Positions 11,734 through 24,236 are shown, numbered from the stretch's first letter. The stretch: 64,000 bases of DNA from Mobula hypostoma (GCF_963921235.1 NC_086108.1:70186001-70250000), one strand, 5' to 3'. The notes: generated by a model from the letters alone, not told the origin. Translations and numbers: made by a program.

Positions 11734-13303
11734 CAGTGCTTATGAAAAGTGTTCACCCTCTTGCAAGTTTTCATGTTTTACAGCATTGAATCACAGTGGA
11801 TTTAATTTGCCTTTTTTGACACTGACCAACAGAAAAAAGACTTTCGTGTGAAAGTGAGAACATACCTACGAAGTAATCTAAGTTAATTAGAAATATAAAA
11901 CAAAATAATTAATTCCATAAGTATTCCCCCCCCCACTTCACACGACACCAAATCATCACTATTGCAGCCAACTGCTTTTAGAAGTCACATAATTAGTTAA
12001 ATGGAGATCACCTGTGTGCAGTGGAGGTGTTTCAATTGATTGCAGTTTTTAAAAAAAAAACCTGTACCTGGAAGGTCTAACTGCTGGTGAGCTAGTATCC
12101 TGGCAAAAACTACACCAGGAAGACGAAAGAAAGCTCCAAACACCTCAAAGGTTATTGAAAAGCACAAGCCAGGAAATGTACACAAGAAGATTTCCAAGTC
12201 ACTGAATATCCCTTGGAGTCCAGTTGTTAATCATCAAGAAATGGAAAGAATGTGGCACAGCTGTAAATCTGTAGGACGTCCTCAAAAACTGAGTGACCGT
12301 GCAAGGTGGGGACTAGTGAGGGAGGCCACCAAGAGACCTGTGACAACTCTGGAGGAGTTATAAGCCTCAGTGGCTGAGGTGGGAGAGACTGCGCATTCAA
12401 CAACTGTTGTCCGGATGCTTCACCAGTCACAGCTTTATGGGAGAGTAGCAAAAAGAAAGCCACTGTTGTGGGGGGGTGGGGGGTGAAATCTCTCATGAAA
12501 TCTCGGTGAGAGTTTGCCAGAAGGCATGTGGGAACCTCTGAAGTCAGCTGGAAGAAGGTTCTGTAATCTGATGAAACCCAAATTGAGCTTTTTGACCATC
12601 AGACTAAACCTGATGTAAACCAAACACCGCATTTCATCAAAAACACACCATCTCTACCATGAAGCTTGGTGGTGGCTGCATCATGCTGGAAAGCTTATGA
12701 AGGTAGAGGGTAAAATGAATGCAGCAAAATACAGGGAAATCCTGGGAGGAAAACCTGATACAGTCTGCAAAAGAACTGCCACTCGGTATAAGATTCGTTT
12801 TCCAGCAAGACGATGACTCCCAAGCATAAAGCCATAGCTACAAGTGAATGGCTTAAAAACAGCAAAGTTAATGCCCTGGCAAAGCTAAGTCCGTGTCCAG
12901 ACCTCAGTCCATTTGGACTTGAAAAGGGCTGTTCACTCACAATCCCCATGCAATCTGAGAAAGCTGGAGCAGTTTTGTAAAGAAGAATGGGGCAAAATTG
13001 CAGTGTCCAGATGTGCAAAGCTGAGAGACCTATCCACAGACTCAAGGTTGTAATTCCTGCCAAGGGTGCATCTACTAAATACTGAATTGAAGGGGGTAAA
13101 TATTTGTGTAATCAATTATTTCGTGCTTTATATTTATAATTAATTTAGATCACTTTGTAGAGATCTGTTTTCACTTTGACACAAAAGTCTTTTTTGTTGA
13201 TTGGTGTCCAAAAAAAGCCAAATTAGATCCTCAGTGATTCACTGTTGTAAACCAATAAAACATGGAAACCTCCAAGGGGGATAAGTACTTTTTATAGGCA
13301 CTG
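11734..13303 (+). mobile_element. Second Tc1 transposon with long (about 200 bp) TIRs and a degenerate transposase, nested in the first
   Basis: Ends CAGTGCTTATGAAAAGTG / TACTTTTTATAGGCACTG-TA, with inverted similarity extending about 200 bp. Remnants KVIEKHK..KKISKSLNIPW, (W)SDETQIELF, GGGCIML and FQQD. Confidence 0.88.
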
Positions 13304-13950
13304 TATATAACCCTGAGCAAGATTAAATAAAGATGCTAATGATCAATGACATAATGAGTTGAATGAACTAAACTATTAACTGAAACAAAGTCTGGGCAAA
13401 GAACAACCAAACTAAAAGGCGGGGGTGTGACAGATGTGATAGTTCAACCTCCAAGTCATCAATTCTTATACTGATCATCCTGCATTGGCACGGTCTTTCT
13501 TGAGCAGAAATTTTACAGTAGGCAGGAGTTTCAAGTTGTGTTGTCCAAGCTCTTCTGATGAAGCACAAAGAAACTGGCAAGGTCGAGGATCAGAAATGCG
13601 GTGGTGGGCCACGGAAACTGAGTGCAGCAGGCAAGATACATCAAACTGACATCCCTTCTAAATCGTAAGGAGTGCAGCACTGCTATCCCAAAAACCACTG
13701 GAACCCAAGTAAACCCGTCTGCAGTATGGAGAGGTCTTATCTGAAGTGGTCTTCATGGAAGAGTTGCTAGCAAAAAGCCAGTCCTCTGAAGTGGAAACAA
13801 AGTCAAGAGAGTGACCTACACACAAAATCACAAGGACTGGGGTGTTGAACGATGGCAGCAAGTACTCTGGACTGACAAGTTAAAATTTGAAATATATGGC
13901 TCAAAGAAGGAGGCAGTTTGTCCGCAGAAGAGCTGGAGAGCACTGCATGA

Positions 13951-16900
13951 GGTGCGGGCAGCGTCGGTGCGGGAGCAAGGAGTGCTCGAGGTCGACGGAC
14001 GACTGGAGATTGGAGGATCAGAGGATCAGCCGTTGTAGGTAGGCTGAGGAAGATCGGCACTATCTAGGCATTACCTGAGGAGGAAGGTAAAACTGCGCAG
14101 GCGCGGGTGACGTCAGCGGCGAGCGCGGAGTTTAAAAAGAGGCCCACTTTCAGGTGCAGGCAGCGGAGTGTGCGGGAGCAGAGTGCTGGGCTTTGGCTCA
14201 GTGGGCTTCGGCGTAAGGAGGTCTTTGGTGAGTGGTAATCAGTTAACCTGAGTACGTGCTTGCAGAGGAAAAAAGGTAAGGTCAGTTGGTACTTTTTCAT
14301 TTATTCTGATTAATCTGGGATCAGGTAATGGGGGAGATAGAGCAGTGGTGTGCTCCGTATGCAGTATGTGGGAGGTCATGGTCAACGCAGTTGTCCCTGA
14401 TAACCACACCTGCAGAAGGTGCATCCAGCTGCAGCTCCTATCGGAGCGGGTTAGGGAATTGGAGCTGGATGAACTGCGGATCATTCGGGAGGCAGAGACA
14501 GAGATAGATGGTGGGGATGACCTACCAGGAACAAGTTGCAGTGGTCCTGTCTCTGGCACTGAGGTTGGACCCTCGACACAGAAGGGGAGGAGGGAAGAGA
14601 GGACAGCGGTAGTGATAGGGGATTCTGTAGTCGGGGGCAGATAGGAGATTTTGTGGGGGAGATCGGGAGTCTCGGATGGTATGTTGCCTCCCTGGTGCTG
14701 GGGTCTGGGACATCTCAGATCGGGTGCAGGTTATTCTCGAGAGGGAGGGCAAGAATCCAGATGTTGTGGTCCATGTAGGGACCAACGACGTGGGTAGGAA
14801 GAGTGAGGGGGTCCTGCGTAGTGAGTTCAGGGAGTTAGGTGCGAAGCTGAAGGGCAGGACCTCCAGGGTAACAATCTCAGGATTGCTACCTGTGCTACGT
14901 GCGAGTGAGACGAGGAACAGAAGGATTATACAGATCAATACGTGGCTGAGAGGATGGTGCAGGAGGGAGGGCTTCAGGTTTTTAGATAATTGGACTTTGT
15001 TCCAGGGAAGGTGGGATCTGTTCCGACGGGATGGTTTACACCTGAACTGGAGGGGTACTAACAGTCTTGCAGGAAAGTTTGCTAGTGCTGCTTGGGGGGG
15101 CGTTTAAACTAAATTTGCAGGGGGTAGGGATCCAGAATGTGAGAGAGGATAGCGAGATGAAGTATAAAAGACAGGTGGAGATTACACGGTTCTGGAATGT
15201 TAAGTGTGAAGTAGAGAAAGGTGAGGCGAACGAGTGATAAGGAGGATACATGTGCAGAGGGATGGTCTGACGGAGCATGGAGTTAAATGTGCAGAAAGAG
15301 TAAGTAAATTTAAGAAGGACAACAAAATTCAAGGGGCGTATAGCCCGGTGAGAGTTCGGGGAGCTGGGTTATGCACAATAGGCAGCGATTTAAACAGAGA
15401 GAGGAGAAATGGGTTAAAAATTCTATATCTGAATGCACGAAGTGTCAGAAATAAGGCGGATGAGCTTGAAGCTCAGGTGCGAATGGGTAACTATGATGTT
15501 GTTGGGATAACGGAGACATGGCTGCAGGGGGATCAGACCTGGGAATTGAATGTACAAGGGTATACGTGCTATCGAAGGGACAGAAAGGTGGGCAGAGGGG
15601 GTGGGGTGGCCCTGTTGGTGAGGAATGAGATTCAGTCCCTTGCAAGGGGAGACATAGAATCAAGAGAAGTAGAGTCAGTGTGGATAGAACTGAGGAACAG
15701 TGAGGGCAAAAAGACCCTAATAGGTGTTATCTACAGGCCCCCAAACAGTAGCATGGATATTGGGTGCAAGTTGAATAGGGAGTTAACAATGGCATGTGGC
15801 AAAGGAAATGTCGCAGTAGTTATGGGGGATTTCAACATGCAGGTGAACTGGGAAAATCAGGTTGGTACTGGACCCCAGGATAAGGAGTTTGTAGAGTGCC
15901 TACGGGATGCATTTTTGGAGCAGTTTGTACGAGAGCCGACCAGGGATAAGGCTATTCTGGATTTAGTGTTGTGCAATGAACAGGATTTGATAAGTGATCT
16001 TGAAGTAAAGGAGCCATTAGGAGGTAGTGACCATAATATGATAAGTTTTTATCTGCAAGTTGAGAGGGAGAAGGGCAGATCAGAAGTGCCAGTATTGCAG
16101 TTGAACAAAGGAGACTATGGAGCCATGAGGGAGGAGCTGGCCAAAGTTGACTGGTCAGATATCCTAGCAGAAAAGACAGTGGAACAGCAATGGCAGGTAT
16201 TCTTAGGAATAATGCACAAGGTGCAAAATCAATTCATCCCCCGGAGAAGGAAGGATTCAAAGGGGGGAAAGTGGCCACAGTGGTTGACAAAGGAAGTCAG
16301 AGATAGCATAGCATTAAAAAAGTAGTATAACAGAGCTAAGGTGAATGGGAAGATGGATGATTGGGAAATTTTTAAGGAGCAACAGAACTTAACTAAAAAG
16401 GCAATATGGGGAGAAAAAATGAGGTATGAACGCAAGCTAGCTAGGAATATAAAGGAGGATAGCAAAAGTTTTTTTCGGTATGTGAAGAGAAGGAAGATAG
16501 TTAAGAACAACATACATCAAAGTTGCTGGTGAACGCAGCAGGCCAGGCAGCATCTATAGGAAGAAGCGCAGTCGACGTTTCAGGCCGAGACCCTTCGTCA
16601 GGACCACGCCTGCAATCGCCGTTTCTTTGACTTTGTCATGTTTTTTTTTCTTTTCGTTCACCAGCAACTTTGATGTATGTTGCTTGAATTTCCAGCATCT
16701 GCAGAATTCCTGTTGTTTGTAGTTAAGAACAATGTTGGGCCCTTGAAGAATGAATTGGGAGAAATTGTTATGGGAAACAGAGAAATGGCAGACGAATTTA
16801 ATAAGTACTTTGGATCTGTCTTCACTAGGGAAGACACAAGCAATCTCCCAGATGTATGGATGGGCCAAGGACATAGGGTAACAGAGGAACTGAAACAGAT

Positions 16901-18535
16901 TGACATTAGGAAGGAAACGGTGATGAGTAGACTGATGGGACTGAAGGCTAACAAATCCCCAGGTCCAGATGGTCTGCATCCTAGGGTACTAAAGGAGGTG
17001 GCTCTGGAAAATGCGGATGCATTGGTGAACATTTTCCAATATTCCTTAGATTCAGGATCAGTTCCTGAGGATTGGCGAATGGCTAATGTTATCCCACTTT
17101 TTAAGAAAGGAGGGAGGGAGAAAACAGAGAACTATCGCCCTGTTAGCCTAACATCAGTAGTGGGGAAGATGCTAGAGTCCATTATTAAAGATGAAATAGT
17201 GGCATATCTTGATAGCAGTGATAAGATTGGGCCGAGCCAGCATGGCTTTACCAAGGGCAAATCATGCTTGACTAATCTGTTGGAGTTTTTCGAGGATATA
17301 ACCAGGAAGATAGACGCGTGAGATCCAGTGGATGTGGTGTACCTTGACTTTCAGAAGGCATTTGATAAGGTACCACATAGGAGATTGGTGGGTAAAATCA
17401 GAGCTCATGGCATTGGGGGGAGGATATTGACATGGATAGAAAACTGGTTGGCAGGTAGAAAGCAAAGGGTAGCAGTGAATGGGTGTTTCTCGGAATGGCA
17501 GGTGGTGACTAGTGGGGTGCCACAGGGCTCGGTATTGGGACCACAGCTGTTTACGATTTACGTCAATGATTTAGAGGAAGGCATTGTGAATAACATCAGC
17601 AAGTTTGCTGATGATACTAAGCTGGGTGGCAGTGTGACATGTGATGAGGATGTTAGGAGAATTCAAGGTGATTTGGATAGGCTGGGTGAGTGGGCAGAAA
17701 CTTGGCAGATGGCGTTTAATGTGAATAAGTGTGAGGTTATTCACTTTGGGAGCAAGAACAGGAAGGCAGATTATTATCTGAACGGTGTGGAGTTAGGTAA
17801 GGGAGAAATACAAAGAGATCTAGGAGTACTTGTTCATCAGTCTCTGAAGGTGAATGAACAAGTGCAGCAGGCAGTGAAGAAGGCTAATGGAATGTTGGCC
17901 TTTATTACAAAGGGAATTGAGTACAAGAGCAAGGAAATCCTTTTGCATTTGTACAGGGCCCTGGTGAGACCACACCTGGAGTATTGTGTGTAGTTTTGGT
18001 CTCCAGGGTTAAGGAAGGACATCCTGGCTGTGGAGGAGGTGCAGCGTAGGTTCACTAGGTTAATTCCTGGGATGTCTGGACTGTCTTACGCAGAGAGGTT
18101 AGAGAGACTGGGCTTGTACACGCTGGAATTAAGGAGATTGAGTGGGGGGGATCTGATTGAGACATATAAGATTATTAAGGGATTGGACAAGATAGAGGCA
18201 GGAAATATGTTCCAGATGCTGGGAGAGTCCAGTACCAGAGGGCATGGTTTAAGAATAAGGGGTAGGTCATTTAAGACAGAGTTGAGGAGGAACTTCTTCT
18301 CCCAGAGAGTTGTGGAGGTGTGGAACGCGCTGCCTCAGAAGGCAGTGGAGGCCAATTCTCTGGATGCTTTCAAGAAGGAGCTAGATAGGTATCCATGGAT
18401 AGGGGAATCAAGGGTTATGGGGATAAGGCAGGAACCGGGTATTGATAGTAGATGATCAGCCATGATCTCAGAATGGCGGTGCAGGCTCGAAGGGCCGAAT
18501 GGTCTACTTCTGCACCTATTGTTTATTGTCTATTG
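13951..18535 (+). mobile_element. Near full-length CR1 LINE: GC-rich 5' UTR, ORF1 (zinc finger plus SGNH esterase), ORF2 (APE endonuclease plus RT) with a few stops and frameshifts
   Basis: ORF1 motifs CSVCSMW..HTCRRC, VIGDS, VHVGTND and DGLHL. ORF2 motifs [34 protein letters not shown] and KFADDTK. (CTATTGT)n tail. Splits the Tc1 transposase. Confidence 0.93.
16511..16719. mobile_element. Fold-back Penelope-like hammerhead element (copy 2, opposite orientation to copy 1) with a 50 nt foreign spacer
   Basis: 13 bp TSD TAGTTAAGAACAA (16498-510 / 16720-32). Same sequence family as copy 1. Hammerhead motif on the - strand at 16570-16604. Confidence 0.85.
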
Positions 18536-20342
18536 AATGAGAGTCTGCAGCCAATAGTGAAGCGAGGTGGAGGTTCCCTGCAGATTTGGAGCTGCATTTC
18601 TGCAAATGGAGTTGGTAATCTGGTTAGAATTAATGGAATTCTCAGTGCTGAGAAGTACAAACAGATTTTCATCCATCATGCAATGCCATCAGGAAGGTGT
18701 TCCCAACTTCATTCTGCAGCAGGACAGTGACCCCAAACATGTGGCCAAGGTCGTAAAGCACCATGTTCAGGAGAAAGAAGAAGAAGGAGTTCTGCAACAG
18801 ATAGTATGGCCTCCACAGAGCCCTGATATCAACTTAATCAAAGCTGTCTGGGATTACCTGGAGAGACAGAAGCAAGCAAGACAGCAGAAGTCTAAACCTA
18901 CCAGCCAATTTTCTTACAAAATTGTAGGACAGCGTGTCTAAGAGAGTTGATGCAGTTTTAGTCACACTAAATATTGATTTCGTGTTTTTGTTTTATGGCT
19001 CTTTATAGTTTTTTTTGATATTTAGAAGTGTTTATTTTTATTTTTGAAACCATTCTTGCTTTACAGAATTTTTTTTTACGTGGCCAAGACTTTTGCACAG
19101 TACTGTTTATTCAATACTTAATTGTTTTATTTAATGCAAACTATTTCTTTGCTTATTGTCACCCTGTTCTGAATTTAAGTGTTCCTCTGAATTGTAGATA
19201 CTGATGTTCACTCATCATTCCTTAGTGAGCTGTTGTAATTTTGTTTTAAGTTGGTATGTCCTTTGAAAATTTGAAATGTAACTTAAACTTACATAATGAC
19301 AAATACGGACAACGTGAGGAACTGATTTAAAGAATGAAATAATTAAAGGATACAAATATTGTGCAGTTGGAAATTATAAAGAAATAGTTAGAGCTGGTCT
19401 CTATTTCTGTATTAAAGGAATAGAAAGTTGGGTTTACTAAGATATTTTTGGCTTATGGCAGACCATTGGCAGTAATGATACCAATAATGTATAAGACTTT
19501 CCAATACTTGATATACAAAAAAAAATCATTAGTGTTGATAAAGTAAGTTAGATTTGATTCAAGGGTTGGGACAAGTTAGCAAAAATATTGTAGTTGGAGA
19601 AGCACATTGCTGAGAAAGTTTTAACAATGGAGATAAATTGAAGCATTCCAGTCCAACTGTTAACCCAATCCTCATGGGCTGAAATGAAATTGTCGTTTAC
19701 TAATGGCTCAGAAGAAAACCACCAACAAGGTCTTCATTATGGGTCAATGCTTTCTTGACTTCACTACCTGTGCATTGTATTGATTTTTTAGTCATAGTGA
19801 GTTACAGGAGAGACAAATTTCATTGCTGACCCCTTAGCTTGATGTGCATTCAAACAAATGGGGTTAACAGCCTGGATGGAAAATGTTTTATTTCATAGTA
19901 TAATTTTATTTCTGTTGTCATTTTTCATTTTAATTAATCTATTTAATGTTTTTCATATCTGCTTATCAGAGACAGCTGTAAGTAACTGAAAAGGCTTTTG
20001 GAAAAATACCAAGTAATCTAGCCACTGAAACATGGTCAAGGACCAATTTTTGGGATGTCTGCAGCAATGAGGTTTGAAGTTGATCTGGACCAAGAGAGTG
20101 AAAAGCATTTTAGAAATAGCAATGAACAATGATTTAAAAAAAAATAAACAGAAGTTACTGGGGAGTCCAATCATGTGCTAAAAGTCTCCTCATGTATGTC
20201 AGGTGGTCTCTTTGGAACATCACATGTGATAAAGATTTGTCCAATTTCCTTTTTCGACTTTTTCTGGAGTTTTTCAAGACAGCCTCTGGTAGAAATGTTC
20301 TATGATGCCATTGTGATCTCTTTGAAATGTGTTTTCCTTAAT

Positions 20343-20968
20343 CATAGAAATATAGAAAACCTACAGCACAATACAGGCCCTTCAGCCCACGAAGCTGTGC
20401 TGAACACGTCCTTACCTGAGAAATTACTTAGGGTTACCCATAGCCCTCTAGTTTTCTGAGCTCCATACACCTGTCCAGGAGTCTCTTAAAAGACCCTATC
20501 ATATACGCCTCCACCACTGTCACCAGCAGCCCATTTCACACACTCACCACTCTCTGCATTTAAAAAAAACAACTTACCCCTGATATCTCCTCTGTACCTA
20601 CTTCCAAGCACCTTAAAACTGTGCCCTCTTGTGCTAGCCATTTCAGCCCTGGGAAAAAGCCTCTGACTATCCACATAGTCAATGCCTCTCATCATCTCAT
20701 ACATCTCTGTCAGGTCACCTCTCATCCTCCGTCGCTCCAAGGAAAAAAGGCCGAGTTCACTCAACCTATTCTCAAAAGGCATGCTCCCCAATCCAGGCAA
20801 CGTCATTGTAAATCTCCTCTGCACCCTTTCTATGGTTTCCACATTCTTCCTTTAGCGAGGCGATCAGAACTGAGCACAGTACTCCAAGTGGGGTCTGACC
20901 AGGGTCCTGTATAGCTGCAACATTACCTCTCTGCTCTTAGACTCAATTCCACGATTGATGAAGGCCAT
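20343..20968 (-). mobile_element. 5'-truncated CR1 3' fragment
   Basis: Minus-strand ERVQRRFT..LFSLERRRMRGDL; tail catagaaatatagaaa. Confidence 0.88.
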
Positions 20969-21069
20969 GAGTCACTACTTCTTTGATGTGCAATATTAGG
21001 ATATCCTCTTGTTCTTCAATAAAGTCCAAGTTTTACAATAAGAATACAGAATTTCTTACGAATGAGCTA

Positions 21070-21665
21070 AAGTATGGGCACACAGTAGATAAAGTGGTCA
21101 AGAAGACCTAAAGAATGATAGCATTCCTTACTCTTTATGTGCCAACCAATGAAGTAATATTGCTACTGTATATACTTTTGGTTAAGCTACCTCTGGAATA
21201 TTGCATGCATTTCTGCCTGTCCCAGGATGTGAAGATTTGGGAAGGGTACTGAAGAGGTTTACTAGTCTGCAGCTTCAATAAGAGGGAATGAACTATAAAG
21301 AGAGGTTGAAGAACTTGGGATATTTTCATTGGAGTATTTGAGGCTGAGAGGGGATCTGACAAGTTTATAAAATTATGTGAGGGGTAGAAATATCAATTAC
21401 TAGAGGACGTGCACTTAAGATGTGAGGGGTGCGGGGCAATTTTTTTTTCACAGAGCATGTAAGGTGCCTAGAATAGGCTGCCAGAGTAGTGAAGCGGATA
21501 CTAATAGTGACATTCAAGAAGACATATTTTGGATCAAGACACAAATGTGCAGGGAATGGAGGGATGTGGGTCATTTGAAGGCAGACAATTTAATTTAATT
21601 TGGCAACGTGTTTGGCACAGGCATCATGGGCTGAAGAGCCTGTTCCTGTGCTGTACTGTTCTATT
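21070..21665 (+). mobile_element. Degenerate CR1 3' fragment
   Basis: Remnants of LEYCMHF and LRGDL; 3' end cctgttcctgtgctgtactgttctat. Confidence 0.7.
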
Positions 21666-22179
21666 TATGTAAACATTTATTCTATTAATTTGTGTAGCAA
21701 TTCTGTTAACTTGTGTTGCTGTAATTTGGCTTGGACTGTTATGATGACAGAACTTGTGCTATGAAACAGACAAAAACTTAAAAGTATCAAAATTGCTATC
21801 CTTTATTCACTACAATTTAAAGGATTGTGTGGAGCTGTCCACCATAATGGAAATGGGAAATTAACTTTTGGGTATACTTAAGGGCAATTGTCACTATAAA
21901 AAATCCTGAAAGATGCTGCAGTTTGTTAAGTGGTTATAAGCAAATTCTTAATGGGCATTTAGTTATAATTACTGTGCAAGAAATACTCTGGCTCTTATTA
22001 TTCAACAACTATTTTAAATTGATTATAATTGAGATAGATTTCAAGTGTATTTCAAAATCTTTATCTCAGGAGATCATAATCAAAATAAGAGTTCGAAAGG
22101 CATCAAAATGGTTGAGGTTCTATCAGTATTTTAGATCATTATTCCTATCTTTATTTCACGATCTGTTTTTTTAAAAATA

Positions 22180-22530
22180 GGGTTGGGATGGGTCTGTGGA
22201 AAGGAGACTGAGGGAAAAATATAATGTAATAGGTACAGAGAGGAAGATTCCAGTTAAAGAATTATAGAATGAATAATTGTCACAAATTTAATGAAGAATT
22301 TGGAAGAAACTTCTTTATGGAGAAAGTGGTGAGAATATGGAACTTGCATCCACAGAGTGATTAAAGTGAATATATGGATGCATTTAAGGAAATAATTGAC
22401 AAGCATGAAGGAGAGAGAATAAAGGTTTACATTCAGTAATTTGGTTGAAAGACAAAGTGCATCATAAAATACTGAGATGGATTGGTTGGGCCAAATCACC
22501 TGGTTGTGTGCAATATTTTCTGTATGGTTG
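22180..22530 (+). mobile_element. Highly degenerate CR1 3' end
   Basis: gaaacttctttatggagaaagtggtgagaatatggaac..ggatgcatttaagg..gggccaaat pattern shared with the other CR1 3' ends here. Confidence 0.5.
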
Positions 22531-22593
22531 CAGCAGTGCTAGAAAATAGAAATTTTTGCCACTTTCTTCAAGTTGAAGAACGGTAATAAAGTA

Positions 22594-23377
22594 CAGTGGA
22601 TTCTGGTAATTTTGGACAATTTTCGGCAAATAAAAACTAAATCAAGAAAATAACTTGGATTCTCGTTGTTTATTTGGTACATCATGCCATTTAATTGGGA
22701 CAGGAGACTTTGCCAGACAGTTTTTAATTAGTGTCAGTCAAATGTACTTGTGTAGCCGTTAGACACTACACTGTATTTAGAGCAAACAGCTTTTAAATAA
22801 TATCACTTGTGGGTTTGTGTTCAAAAAGCAGTGATTTTTGTCACTGAAACTTAGCAAGAAATATGTAGTAAGACTATTCAGAACTGTTTTGCTCACTATG
22901 GTTTCAAACATTCAGGCTTGAAGATGCCTGAAATAGCCAGAAGTGAAATGAAATGATTTCACTATTTCAGCAAGTTAGGAACTATGAAGAATTTGAAGTT
23001 ATCGACAATCATTTTGAATAGTACAATGAAAATTAAAGTTTGGGGGATGTAATCGTAGGTATTTTATGAAAGCTGGCATTATCTACACTAGGTGTCTGCA
23101 CTGATTCTGTGCATTTACAGTCAGTCAAAAGAATATGACAGCGTACACAGAGTTTCTCCTTTGGTAACTATTAAGGAACTAATGCAGTTTTATTGAACTG
23201 TGGTCGTATTGGTAGTATTCTAATTTGTGTTATATTTCATTTAAATACGTTACTCAGTTAAACATTAGTTTGCCTTTTAATACCTTTTTAATGATTTACA
23301 TGAAACTTTGGTTAATTGGGGCAGTCAACTATTTGGGCCAAAATCTACTAATGTGTCCCAATTAGCCTAAATCCATG
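22594..23377. mobile_element. Non-autonomous Tc1/mariner-pogo type DNA element (MITE-like)
   Basis: TA on both sides. Imperfect TIRs CAGTGGATTCTGGTAATTTTTGGACA / TGTCCCAATTAGCCTAAATCCATG. Subterminal aattggg motifs. Confidence 0.65.
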
Positions 23378-23789
23378 TATATTCAAGAAGATTGATCCTT
23401 TTCTGGGGAGTGGGGCCAAAGGGATCAAGAAGTATGAAGAACATTTAGTTTGGGGTACTGAATTTGAATGATCTGCCATGATCATGCATTGAATGGTGAG
23501 CAGGCTCAGAAGATGGAGTGGTTTAATCCTGTTCCTATGAATTGTTGCTAACCAAATATTGCATATTAATCAAAACTGCATAATAACAGTAATTGGTTGC
23601 AAGGGTATTTGCTTTTAGAAGACAGGCTATAAATTTAAAGTACTGTGTATAATAACAAAAAGTTGCCATCTTCAGTAACTGTTTCCAGCAATGGGCCTAT
23701 ATTGTTGAAATTTGCTATTTAATGCAAACAAAAAATGTATTTTCAGATAACTGTACATTTTATGAATACGTTTGTTTTTGTGCTTACAG

Positions 23790-23991
23790 GTGAACATGAT
23801 AAAAGATGACGGTCAGGTTATACATTTCAATAATCCCAAAGTGCAGGCCTCATTATCTGCCAATACATTTGCAATTACTGGTCACGCTGAGACAAAACAG
23901 ATAACAGAAATGCTTCCAGGCATTCTCAGCCAGCTTGGAGCTGACAGTCTGACAAGTCTTCGAAAATTAGCTGAGCAGTTGCCGCGGCAAG
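23790..23991 (+). CDS. BTF3L4: BTF3L4 coding exon (202 bp; [67 protein letters not shown]), NAC domain core
   Basis: Acceptor gcttacag|, donor G|gtacgt. In frame with the previous exon; ends in phase 1. Confidence 0.97.
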
Positions 23992-24236
23992 GTACGTCTA
24001 AGAATTTTTCTAAATGGATTGATAAGCACATTTAAATGTATTGTGGGCTTCTATTAAGATCTTGATCTTACTGTTCTATTGGTTGAAAACATTTGGTGGG
24101 AGGACGACTTCTGGGTCATCAAGGGAATGGCGGCGTAAGGAAAAGGTCTCTCGACAAAAAAGAAGGTAAACTGCCCCAAAATCGAATTTAGACAAATACT
24201 TAATATTGCATAACTATATTAATAAAAGGGGCAAGG

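Larger units (their letters stand above)
5384..19105 (+). mobile_element. Tc1-like transposon with DD38E spacing, split into four pieces (about 5384-5459, 11585-11733, 13304-13950, 18536-19105) by nested insertions
   Basis: TIRs CAGTACTGTGTAGAAGTCTGAGGCA / TGGCCAAGACTTTTGCACAGTACTG, with TA on the left. Transposase motifs VLWTDKLKFEIYG, FILQQDSDPKH and WPPQSPDINLIKAVWDYL. Confidence 0.88.
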
